Positions 10,033-17,925 of a stretch of DNA of 41,569 bases are shown here, piece by piece. Position numbers and translations under genes: made by a program. The stretch is from an uncultured Mycoplasmatota bacterium (GTDB lineage: Bacteria > Bacillota_I > Bacilli_A > RF39 > UBA660). A model generated the notes under the pieces. It was not told where the DNA came from, did no database searches, and saw only the letters and a list, made by a program, of their open reading frames with translations. The first letter of the stretch is position 1; every line of letters begins with the position of its first letter. The stretch covers positions 1 to 41,569 of the forward strand of contig CAMFBT010000001.1 in the NCBI GenBank assembly GCA_945948625.1, in the 5' to 3' direction.

Positions 10033-11103
10033 ATGATAAGTAATCTTTCATTAGAAGAAAAAATTGGTCAAATGTTTATGTTTGGAATAAACAAAAATAA
10101 TACAGATGGTATAATAAAACTAATAAAAGAAAATAAAATAGGTGGAGTGATACTTTATAAAAAAAATTACACATCCTATGAAGAAATGCTTGATTTAATA
10201 AAAAAATTAAGAGAAGCAAATAAACAAAATAAAATTCCACTTTTAATAGCTATAGATGAAGAAGGAGGAAGGGTAAATCGTATGCCTCCAGAATTCAAAA
10301 ATCTAAAAAGCATTTATCGCTTTTCTGAATTAAAAGATATTAATATTATTAAAGAGTATGCTGATATTATATCAACAATATTATCACAAAGTGGAATTAA
10401 TATGAATTTTGCTCCAGTATTAGATATATATAATAATTCAAATAGTAATGTTTTAAAAGGAAGATGTTTTTCTTCTGATGTTAATATAGTATCAACATAT
10501 GGAGTAGCATATATAAATAAAATGAAAGATAATAATGTAGTAGCGGTATCAAAACATTTTCCAGGGCATGGTAGTACAAAAAAAGATACACATATTATTT
10601 TACCATATATAAAAAATTATAAAGAAATAGAAGAAAAGCATATTAAACCATTCGAAGTGGCCATAAAAAATGGATGTGATGCTATCATGGTAGGACACAT
10701 AATAATAAAAAAATTAACAAAATCATTACCAGCATCACTATCAAAAAAATTCATAAAAGAATATTTAAGAGAAAAAAACAATTATGAAGGCATAGTAATA
10801 ACAGATGATATTAGAATGAAATCAGTTGATATAATATATAAATTAATATCACTTAAAAAAGCCTTCTCATCTGAATCAGATATTATATTATTTAAATATA
10901 AAGATGGTGATGAAAAAGTAATAGCAAAAGTAGTAAAAATGGTAAAAGAGAATAAAATAGAAGAAGAAAAAATAAATAAATCTGTAATGAGAATTTTAAA
11001 AATAAAAGAAAAATATAATATTACAGATAATATAGATATATTAGGATGTAATATTGAAGAAATTAATGATAGAATAGAAAAATTAAATAGCAAATTAGAT
11101 TAA
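10033..11103 (+). CDS. nagZ: Glycoside hydrolase family 3 beta-N-acetylhexosaminidase
   Basis: GH3 N-terminal domain motifs are present: GGVILY, IAIDEEGGRVNRM, NFAPVLDI and KHFPGHGSTKKDTH. Confidence 0.75.
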   Translation: MISNLSLEEKIGQMFMFGINKNNTDGIIKLIKENKIGGVILYKKNYTSYEEMLDLIKKLREANKQNKIPLLIAIDEEGGRVNRMPPEFKNLKSIYRFSELKDINIIKEYADIISTILSQSGINMNFAPVLDIYNNSNSNVLKGRCFSSDVNIVSTYGVAYINKMKDNNVVAVSKHFPGHGSTKKDTHIILPYIKNYKEIEEKHIKPFEVAIKNGCDAIMVGHIIIKKLTKSLPASLSKKFIKEYLREKNNYEGIVITDDIRMKSVDIIYKLISLKKAFSSESDIILFKYKDGDEKVIAKVVKMVKENKIEEEKINKSVMRILKIKEKYNITDNIDILGCNIEEINDRIEKLNSKLD

Positions 11104-11135
11104 ATATCAAATAGAAGATATTTAATTTTTTTTAC

Positions 11136-11164
11136 TTTATTTTTATTACTAAAGATGTTATAAT
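11136..11164 (+). promoter_or_regulatory. Possible extended -10 promoter for ftsY
   Basis: tgtTATAAT at 11156-11164, with a weak -35 (TTTATT) 17 nt upstream. Confidence 0.35.
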
Positions 11165-11190
11165 AAATATAGATAGTTAGGGAGGTTAAT

Positions 11191-12153
11191 ATGGGCCTAT
11201 TTGATAAAATAAAAAATGTATTTTCAAAAGATAAAGAAGCAGTTAAATATGAAGAGGGGCTTACCAAAACAAGAAAAGAATTTTCTACAGAGTTATCTTC
11301 ACTATCCAAAAAGTATAAAAATATAGATGATAATTACTTTGAAGAATTAGAAAATATTCTAATTATGGCAGATATAGGTGTAAATACAGTTGTAAAGTTT
11401 GTAGATAAATTAAAGAAAAGAGTAAAAGAAGAAAATATAAAAGATTCAAATACTTTAAAAGAAATAATAATTGATGAATTATTAATAATGTATGTTGAGG
11501 GTGGAGTAATAAAAAGTAAAATAAACTATAGTAACGAAGGACCAACCGTAATTCTATTTATTGGAGTAAATGGTGTAGGAAAGACAACAAGTATTGGAAA
11601 AATAGCAAACAAATTAAAAAAAGAAGGAAAAAAAGTTCTTTTAGTAGCAGCAGATACATTTAGAGCAGGAGCTATAGAACAATTAGAAGAATGGGGAAAA
11701 AGAACTAATATAGATGTAGTAAGTACATCTTCTAAAGACCCATCCGCGGCAGTTTATGACGGAATAGATAAAGCAATAAAGGGAGAATATGATGTTGTAC
11801 TTATAGATACAGCAGGAAGATTACAAAATAAAGTAAATTTAATGAACGAATTATCAAAAATGAATTCAGTAATTAAAAAATTAATTCCAAATGCACCTCA
11901 TGAAACACTATTAGTAATAGATGCTACCGCAGGACAAAACGGAATAGCACAAGCTAAAGCATTTAATGAAGTAACAAATATAACAGGAATAGTATTAACA
12001 AAATTAGATGGAACTGCAAAAGGGGGAATAGTACTAGCTATAAAAGAAGAAGTAAATATTCCTGTAAAATTTGTAGGTCTTGGAGAAAAAGAAGATGACT
12101 TAGAAGCATTTGATATAGAAAAATATATATATGGATTATTTAAAGATTTATAG
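11191..12153 (+). CDS. ftsY: Signal recognition particle receptor FtsY
   Basis: SRP-GTPase NG domain motifs are present: GVNGVGKTTSIGK, DTAGRLQNK and TKLDGTAKGG. The RBS is GGGAGG. Confidence 0.95.
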   Translation: MGLFDKIKNVFSKDKEAVKYEEGLTKTRKEFSTELSSLSKKYKNIDDNYFEELENILIMADIGVNTVVKFVDKLKKRVKEENIKDSNTLKEIIIDELLIMYVEGGVIKSKINYSNEGPTVILFIGVNGVGKTTSIGKIANKLKKEGKKVLLVAADTFRAGAIEQLEEWGKRTNIDVVSTSSKDPSAAVYDGIDKAIKGEYDVVLIDTAGRLQNKVNLMNELSKMNSVIKKLIPNAPHETLLVIDATAGQNGIAQAKAFNEVTNITGIVLTKLDGTAKGGIVLAIKEEVNIPVKFVGLGEKEDDLEAFDIEKYIYGLFKDL

Positions 12154-12168
12154 AAAGGGTGAAAGAAA

Positions 12169-12480
12169 GTGAAAAAGGAAAAAATAAAATCAAAGAAAAA
12201 AGAAGAAAAATATAAATTAGTAGATACAAAAAAATTAAAAAAAGTAGAATTAATAATATCAATATTTGTAGGAGTAATTTTTTTAGTACTACTAGTACTT
12301 ACTATGACAAATGAAGTATTTATTCCTGCAACTCTAATATCATTTGCCTTATTTTTATTTTGCATTTGCTACTACTACATTGAAGACGAAAAAAAGAAAA
12401 AATTAGTATATACATTGTTTGGATTAGGAGTACTCTTAATAATAATTGAAGTAGTATATACTTTAGTAAAGATAAGTTAA
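12169..12480 (+). CDS. Small membrane protein (Lys-rich N-terminus, two or three TM helices)
   Basis: GTG start after AAAGGGTGA, with hydrophobic helices. Its stop overlaps the ylxM start (TAATG). Confidence 0.5.
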   Translation: MKKEKIKSKKKEEKYKLVDTKKLKKVELIISIFVGVIFLVLLVLTMTNEVFIPATLISFALFLFCICYYYIEDEKKKKLVYTLFGLGVLLIIIEVVYTLVKIS

Positions 12481-12773
12481 TGAAAGAAAGAGAATATTTA
12501 ATAATACTATATGATTTCTATAGTGAATTATTAAATGATAAACAAAGACAATATTTTGAAGACTATTATTTTAATAATTTATCACTAGGAGAAATAAGTG
12601 AAAATGAAAATGTAAGTAGAAATGCAATTCATAAAAATATAAAAGCAGTAGAAAACAAATTATACTTTTATGAAGAAAAATTAAAGCTATATCAAAAATC
12701 ACAAGAATTAACAAATATAGCAAATACCATAGAAGATAAGAACTTAAAAGAAAGAATAAAAAATATATTATAG
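12480..12773 (+). CDS. ylxM: UPF0122/YlxM family putative HTH protein
   Basis: LLNDKQRQYFEDYYFNNLSLGEISENENVSRNAIHKNIK is the YlxM sigma-70 region-4-like HTH. The position after ftsY is classical. Confidence 0.8.
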   Translation: MKEREYLIILYDFYSELLNDKQRQYFEDYYFNNLSLGEISENENVSRNAIHKNIKAVENKLYFYEEKLKLYQKSQELTNIANTIEDKNLKERIKNIL

Positions 12774-12784
12774 GGGAGATAATT

Positions 12785-12922
12785 ATGACAAGTAAGAAAT
12801 ATAAAATGTACTATGATTATCATAAAAGAACAAGTGGTGGTTTCCTAGATGCAATATTTTTATCTGGCATAATGTTAAGTGGCCTAATATTAATACTTCT
12901 TTCGTTAGTGGGAGGTAAATAA
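12785..12922 (+). CDS. 45-aa single-pass membrane peptide, translationally coupled to the AAA+ gene
   Basis: Not in the ORF track because it is under 60 aa. RBS GGGGAG lies 7 nt before the ATG. The product is MTSKKYKMYYDYHKRTSGGFLDAIFLSGIMLSGLILILLSLVGGK. Its stop overlaps the next start (TAATG). Confidence 0.4.
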   Translation: MTSKKYKMYYDYHKRTSGGFLDAIFLSGIMLSGLILILLSLVGGK

Positions 12923-13815
12923 TGGAATCAATACTAGAAAGATTTTCTGATAATTTAACAGAAACAAAATATATAACAAATCCCGCTATTGCTAGAGATG
13001 AAGAAATAAAAAAACTAATATTAGTACTTTTAACACCAGAGAAATCAGCAGTACTAGTAGGAAAACCAGGTATAGGAAAAACAGCAATAGTGGAAGGACT
13101 AGCTTATAGAATACAAAGAAATGAAGTACCAAAAGCACTTGAAGGATATACAATTTATAGAATAAATACAACATCATTATTGACAAATACTGGAGAAGAA
13201 AATAGAGTACTAAAATTAGTTGAAGAATTAAAACAAAAAGAAAGAGTAATATTGTTTATAGATGAAATACATACATTAATAGGAAGTGATACTGCTGGAG
13301 CTCTAGATTTAGCAAATATGTTTAAAGAAGGGTTAAGTAGAGGAACTATCAAGATGATTGGTGCAACAACAACATATGAATATGAAAAATATATATTAAG
13401 AGATAAAGCATTTTTAAGAAGATTTGAAAAAGTAGATGTATTAGAACCAACTGAAGAAATGACTGTAGAAATACTTTTAAAAACACTACCAAAATTAGAA
13501 TATCAAACAGGAGTAATATTACCATATACAGATTTTATTAAAGAAAAAATAATGAAGTTCATAGTAAATATGACAACAGAATTTAAAAGAGTATATGAAA
13601 TATCATCAAGATATCCTGATATAGCTTTAGTAATATTAAGACAATGCTTTTCAAATGCTATATATGAAAATAGAAAGACAATAGATTTTAAAAACATTTA
13701 TGATGCCATAAGAACAACAAAAGCAGTATATCCAGATGTTATAAAAAAAGAATTAATTAATTTTAAAGAAATATTTAAAGATGAATTAAAAGAAGAAAAT
13801 ATTGAAATAGAATAA
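12922..13815 (+). CDS. Stand-alone ClpA/ClpB/ClpC D1-type AAA+ module (no N-domain, M-domain or D2)
   Basis: NPAIARDEEIKKLILVLL, Walker A GKPGIGKTAIVEGLA, Walker B ILFIDEIHTLIGS, and the GATTTYEYEKYILRDKAFLRRFEKVDVLEPT sensor/Arg-finger block. The protein is only 297 aa. Confidence 0.75.
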   Translation: MESILERFSDNLTETKYITNPAIARDEEIKKLILVLLTPEKSAVLVGKPGIGKTAIVEGLAYRIQRNEVPKALEGYTIYRINTTSLLTNTGEENRVLKLVEELKQKERVILFIDEIHTLIGSDTAGALDLANMFKEGLSRGTIKMIGATTTYEYEKYILRDKAFLRRFEKVDVLEPTEEMTVEILLKTLPKLEYQTGVILPYTDFIKEKIMKFIVNMTTEFKRVYEISSRYPDIALVILRQCFSNAIYENRKTIDFKNIYDAIRTTKAVYPDVIKKELINFKEIFKDELKEENIEIE

Positions 13816-13846
13816 GATTTATTAAATAATAATTCTTATTCTTTTC

Positions 13847-13876
13847 TTTACATAAGACCAAAAAGTGTGATATACT
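13847..13876 (+). promoter_or_regulatory. Candidate promoter of fibre-locus module A
   Basis: TTTACA, an 18-nt spacer, then tgaTATACT (extended -10), 15 nt upstream of the ATG at 13892. Confidence 0.4.
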
Positions 13877-13891
13877 TATAATGGTGGTAGA

Positions 13892-14389
13892 ATGAAAAAA
13901 ATAGTAGTAAATGTTTTAATCATCTTGTATTTTCTAGTAGCAGTAGTAGTTACTTATGCATTATTATCTTATAATAAATACAACATAGTAGAAACAAAAG
14001 ATAAATATATCTTAACAATAAAAGAAGATAATCCAGATTTTAAAAAAAGTGATTTATTAGTAGTAAAAAAATCACAAGATTTAAAGGAAAAAGATTATGT
14101 ATTTTATTATGATACATATGCAACTAAAGTAACAGTAAAATATGCTAAAATAAAACAAATTAAAACAATCAATGAGGAAGAACAAGAGATTAACCTAGAA
14201 AATGATTTAGTATTATCAAGTGAGAATATTTTAGGAAGTAAAAAAAATACAATATCATATGCCATTATAGGCACAGTATTTAATGTATTAACATCAAAAT
14301 GGGGATACCTATTTATCATAATATTTCCAATGCTAATTGCTTTTATATATGAATTATATGCCATAGCAAAAGAAGTAAAGAGAAAATAA
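13892..14389 (+). CDS. Catalytically dead SipW-like signal peptidase paralogue (module A)
   Basis: Collinear with the SipW ORFs: an N-terminal TM helix, a PDFKKSDLLVVKK box, an ILG box and a C-terminal TM helix (WGYLFIIIFPMLIAFIYELYAI). The Ser box reads TIKEDNPD and the His box reads VKYAKIK. Confidence 0.65.
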   Translation: MKKIVVNVLIILYFLVAVVVTYALLSYNKYNIVETKDKYILTIKEDNPDFKKSDLLVVKKSQDLKEKDYVFYYDTYATKVTVKYAKIKQIKTINEEEQEINLENDLVLSSENILGSKKNTISYAIIGTVFNVLTSKWGYLFIIIFPMLIAFIYELYAIAKEVKRK

Positions 14390-14397
14390 TAAAACCT

Positions 14398-15390
14398 ATG
14401 AAAAAAAATATTACAAGGATAAAAAATTATCTATCAGAGTTAGAATTAAAAAAAGGATTATTAAAAATAAAGGCAAAACTTGATAAATATGGTAAAAAAG
14501 CTTATATCCTATTGGGAACATTATTAATATTGGTACTTACAACAATAACATATGGAAAATATATCTATAATGATATTAGAGATTTCTATTTAGCCAGTAA
14601 GAGTTTCTATTTTAATAGTGATAAACTAACAGTAAATAGAGCTATCTATCAAGTAGATAATTGGTCAGCAGTAGATCCATATACCATAACAATAAATCTA
14701 AACAATAGTAAAAATAATTTAATCCATGCAAGTAGTGATATAACTTATGAAATAAGTTATGTTTGTTCTAATAATGTTTTATGCAGTATAAATAGTGAAG
14801 GAGGAACACTTTATACTGAAGAAGGATCAAGCTATTTTAATGCTGTAATAACTCCAAATTCAACATTCGAAGTAGGAGATGAAGCTTTTATAGAAATAAC
14901 AGTAAAAAGTACATATCCTTATAAAAAAACACTAAGTGGAAGATTTATTTTAAAAGTAGGAAAAAGCGGATTAACATATACTATAGATGATAAAATAGGA
15001 AGACCATATTTGAATTTTAATATAACAAATACAATTGATTACTATCTAGTAAAAGAAGCATTTGATAGTTATCAAGTTGGGGATAGAATAGATAGATTAA
15101 CATATATAGAATTACCAGAAGAAAATAAAAGAAAATGTCTTTCTGCAGAAGTGACATTAACATTTGATCCAAATAAAGTTATATTAGATACTACAAATAC
15201 TATATTTTTAAAGAAAGAAAGTTATACAACAACAACTATTAATAATTATGATTATATAAATAGTATAACTTTTAGAATGGATTCAGAATCAAGTGAAGTA
15301 GTAAAGTTTTATAAAAGTGATACAAACATAGACTATACATATCCAATAACAAATGACATTTCAATAATTAATTTCAGTTATTCAGAATAG
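14398..15390 (+). CDS. Secreted TasA-like family protein, class-2 signal motif (TTITYGKYIY), long form
   Basis: Basic n-region, a hydrophobic helix, then TYGKY. SFYFNSDKLTVNRAIYQVDNWSAVDPYTITINLNN aligns with AFYILNADYYEKNIHLDNIVPSETPYVYTFKVSN of ORF 34462. The RBS is weak. Confidence 0.55.
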   Translation: MKKNITRIKNYLSELELKKGLLKIKAKLDKYGKKAYILLGTLLILVLTTITYGKYIYNDIRDFYLASKSFYFNSDKLTVNRAIYQVDNWSAVDPYTITINLNNSKNNLIHASSDITYEISYVCSNNVLCSINSEGGTLYTEEGSSYFNAVITPNSTFEVGDEAFIEITVKSTYPYKKTLSGRFILKVGKSGLTYTIDDKIGRPYLNFNITNTIDYYLVKEAFDSYQVGDRIDRLTYIELPEENKRKCLSAEVTLTFDPNKVILDTTNTIFLKKESYTTTTINNYDYINSITFRMDSESSEVVKFYKSDTNIDYTYPITNDISIINFSYSE

Positions 15391-15401
15391 GTGGTGATAT
15401 A

Positions 15402-16376
15402 ATGGCTAGTAATATAGTAAAAGAATATATTGATTTTTCAAAGAAAAATATAACAAAATACCTAAAAATAATTTTAGAACAAGATTATTCTAAAGAGATA
15501 ATAGAACCATTATTAGATACATATATAAATGTAAGATATTACAATAATTATGATATAAAATATAAAGTCTTTGAATCAAATATAAACTATTATATGAAGC
15601 AAAAAGCCATCAAAATAAATGAAGAAAAAGAAGAAGAATATATTTCTAAAGTAAAAAAAATCTTTTATTTATTTAAATATATATTGTATTTTGATAATGT
15701 TTTAGAATATGAATCACTAAAAAAAATAATATCAGAAATAGATGAATATCGAAATGAAGTACTAGGTTTAACTAGTGAAAATTTTATAGAAGAATTAAAT
15801 GACTTAGTAAAAGAAAATGAAAAAAGAAAAGAAACATTTATTGAAGAATTAAGTAGTGACCACTTTAATCTAGAAATAAAAAATACTAATAATAAAAATG
15901 TATTTAAAGTTAAATTAAATAATAATATAAAATTTAATAAAATATATAGTGATTACTCAATAAATAAAGTTTATAATGAAGGATTAGTAGATGAGCAAAA
16001 ACATTTTATATTATATTATTTAATAACTAGAGAAATATTAAAAAACATAATAAGAGGTGATTTCACTAAAGAGTATATAATTAGTTTTCCAAATAATATT
16101 TTTACAAAACAACAAAAAATAAATAGATTAATAGCCATAATAGATGATGAATCAATAAAAAATAATATTGTCATAGAATTTACCTATACAGATTATCTTT
16201 CTAATAAAGAAATAATAAATAGTTGGATAAAAAAAGGATTTCAAATAGCAATAAAAATAGATGAAAAATATAAATATGATAATAATAGTAAAATATGGCT
16301 AGATATATTTAAATATGTAATAGTAGATAAAGAAAAAAAGAATTTTTTTGATGAAGATCAATTAATAATTGAATAG
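15402..16376 (+). CDS. Cytoplasmic protein of unknown function
   Basis: RBS AGGTGGTGA. There is no TM helix or signal peptide. The composition is Lys/Glu/Asn/Ile-rich, and no secure motif was found. Confidence 0.6.
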   Translation: MASNIVKEYIDFSKKNITKYLKIILEQDYSKEIIEPLLDTYINVRYYNNYDIKYKVFESNINYYMKQKAIKINEEKEEEYISKVKKIFYLFKYILYFDNVLEYESLKKIISEIDEYRNEVLGLTSENFIEELNDLVKENEKRKETFIEELSSDHFNLEIKNTNNKNVFKVKLNNNIKFNKIYSDYSINKVYNEGLVDEQKHFILYYLITREILKNIIRGDFTKEYIISFPNNIFTKQQKINRLIAIIDDESIKNNIVIEFTYTDYLSNKEIINSWIKKGFQIAIKIDEKYKYDNNSKIWLDIFKYVIVDKEKKNFFDEDQLIIE

Positions 16377-16391
16377 TAAAGTAGGTGTAGT

Positions 16392-17915
16392 ATGGATACA
16401 TTTTTTAGATTTTTATATGAATTTCTTGAACAATTTTTTACCTCATTTATACTAATGTTTAAAGGAATAATAAATGGAGTAATAAATATGTTCAATATAA
16501 AAAAATATATAGCAATTATTAATTTCTATAAAGAAGACTTTACCATTCCAGAATGGGTATTAGTAGTACTTGCTATATTAATAGTTTTAACCATAATAGG
16601 AGGCATAGGATTTATAATATATTATCTAATCAGAAAATATTTAAGATTTAGAAAAACAATTGTAGAAGAAGAATCACTTCTTGAAGAAGTTGCCTCTTTA
16701 AATAATCAAGTATCAGATTTAATGGAAGAAAAAGAAAGTATATTAGCAATGAAAGTATCACAACTAGGATTGAAACCAGGTGAATCCCCTGAAGTAGAAG
16801 AAAATGATAAATCGGGTGAAGATGCAGATACTACCAAGAGTAGATTCCCTAAATTAACAGCAGTAGATATTGAATATTCAAAATATAAAGTAGTAAATTA
16901 TGCAAATAATTTTACTCTAGAGGAATTAGTAGAAACATTTCGTAATTTTGCAGCATCAAAACTAAAATTATATTATAAATCAGAAATGATAAGATTATTC
17001 ATTTCAGCACTAGCTTCAACTAAATTAGTAATATTACAAGGTATATCTGGTACCGGTAAAACCTCCTTAGCATATGCTTGGGGAAAATTCTTAAAGCACG
17101 ACTCATGTGTTGCTTCTGTTCAACCATCATGGAGGGATAGGACAGAATTATTTGGATACTTTAATGAATTCACTAAAAAGTTTAATGAGACAGAAGTGTT
17201 AAAAGAACTTTATGTAGCAGGTTATACAGATGACATATATACAGTAATTCTAGATGAAATGAATATTTCAAGAGTAGAGTATTATTTTGCTGAAATGTTA
17301 TCAATACTAGAAATGCCAAACAAAGATGAGTGGATAGTAGAATTAGTATCTAGTTCTTGGCCTGATGATCCTAAAAATATTGAAGATGGAAAATTAAAAA
17401 TACCTCCTAATGTATGGTATATCGGAACAATTAATAACGACGATTCAACATTTATGGTAACAGATAAAGTATATGATAGAGCAATGCCTTTAGACATAAA
17501 TGATAAAGGGCAAGTATTTGAACCAATAGATACAGATGCACAAGATATAAATTATACATATTTAGATAAATTATTTAGTGAAGCAATGAATAATAATCCA
17601 ATATCAGAAGATACACTAAATAAAATAAATGAGATGGATGATTATGTAATAAAGCATTTTAGAATAGCTTTTGGTAATCGTATTGTAGCACATATGAAGA
17701 AATTCGTTCCAGTTTATGTAGCTTGTGGAGGAAACGAAGTAGATGGTGTAGATTATTTTATAGCAAGAAAAATATTAAGAAAATTTGAGCAATTAAATAT
17801 ATCCTATATTAGAGATGAAATAGATGGTTATATTGAATTTCTAGATAAAACATTTGGAAAAGGAAAAATGAAAGAATGTGAAGAATATTTACTTAGATTA
17901 AAGAAATTAACATAG
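16392..17915 (+). CDS. Membrane-anchored McrB-like AAA+ GTPase
   Basis: Two N-terminal hydrophobic helices and a coiled coil. Walker A is LQGISGTGKTS, and the Walker B/McrB signature is ILDEMNISRVEYYFAEMLSILE. The NxxD box is NVWYIGTINNDDSTFMVTDKVYDRAMPLDI. Confidence 0.8.
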   Translation: MDTFFRFLYEFLEQFFTSFILMFKGIINGVINMFNIKKYIAIINFYKEDFTIPEWVLVVLAILIVLTIIGGIGFIIYYLIRKYLRFRKTIVEEESLLEEVASLNNQVSDLMEEKESILAMKVSQLGLKPGESPEVEENDKSGEDADTTKSRFPKLTAVDIEYSKYKVVNYANNFTLEELVETFRNFAASKLKLYYKSEMIRLFISALASTKLVILQGISGTGKTSLAYAWGKFLKHDSCVASVQPSWRDRTELFGYFNEFTKKFNETEVLKELYVAGYTDDIYTVILDEMNISRVEYYFAEMLSILEMPNKDEWIVELVSSSWPDDPKNIEDGKLKIPPNVWYIGTINNDDSTFMVTDKVYDRAMPLDINDKGQVFEPIDTDAQDINYTYLDKLFSEAMNNNPISEDTLNKINEMDDYVIKHFRIAFGNRIVAHMKKFVPVYVACGGNEVDGVDYFIARKILRKFEQLNISYIRDEIDGYIEFLDKTFGKGKMKECEEYLLRLKKLT

Positions 17916-17925
17916 GAGGTAAAAA

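Noticed and set aside
11898-12365. Other antisense or out-of-frame track ORFs: 979-1170c, 1391-1639c, 3873-4106c, 4343-4582c, 7793-8134c, 8161-8373, 8505-8903c, 10782-11093c, 11100-11309c, 11898-12365c, 30976-31341c, 35933-36454c, 37083-37400c, 37458-37889c, 38079-38291c, 38754-39023c and similar.
   Set aside because: All overlap well-supported sense genes (rny, ftsY, murE, the T4CP gene and others). They encode low-complexity Leu/Phe/Ile/Ser strings typical of antisense frames in AT-rich DNA, and they lack ribosome-binding sites.
15402-16376. The C-terminal 150 aa show EAL-domain-like block spacing. NEGLVDEQKHFILYYLITREIL matches the a-e-x-x-G-L-I...W-V-L region, YIISFPNNIF matches l-s-v-N-l-S, VIEFTYTD matches l-E-i-t-E, GFQIAIKIDEKY matches G-x-x-i-a-l-D-D-F-G-t-G, and YVIVDKE matches l-K-i-D. 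This hinted at a degenerate c-di-GMP sensor.
   Set aside because: The protein ends right after the K-x-D-like block, so the last third of the EAL TIM barrel (the AEGVE and QG blocks) is missing. The EAL/E-x-L start and most catalytic residues are absent. The match rests on hydrophobic spacing in low-complexity Ile/Lys-rich sequence. I left it as a protein of unknown function; HHpred could revisit this.
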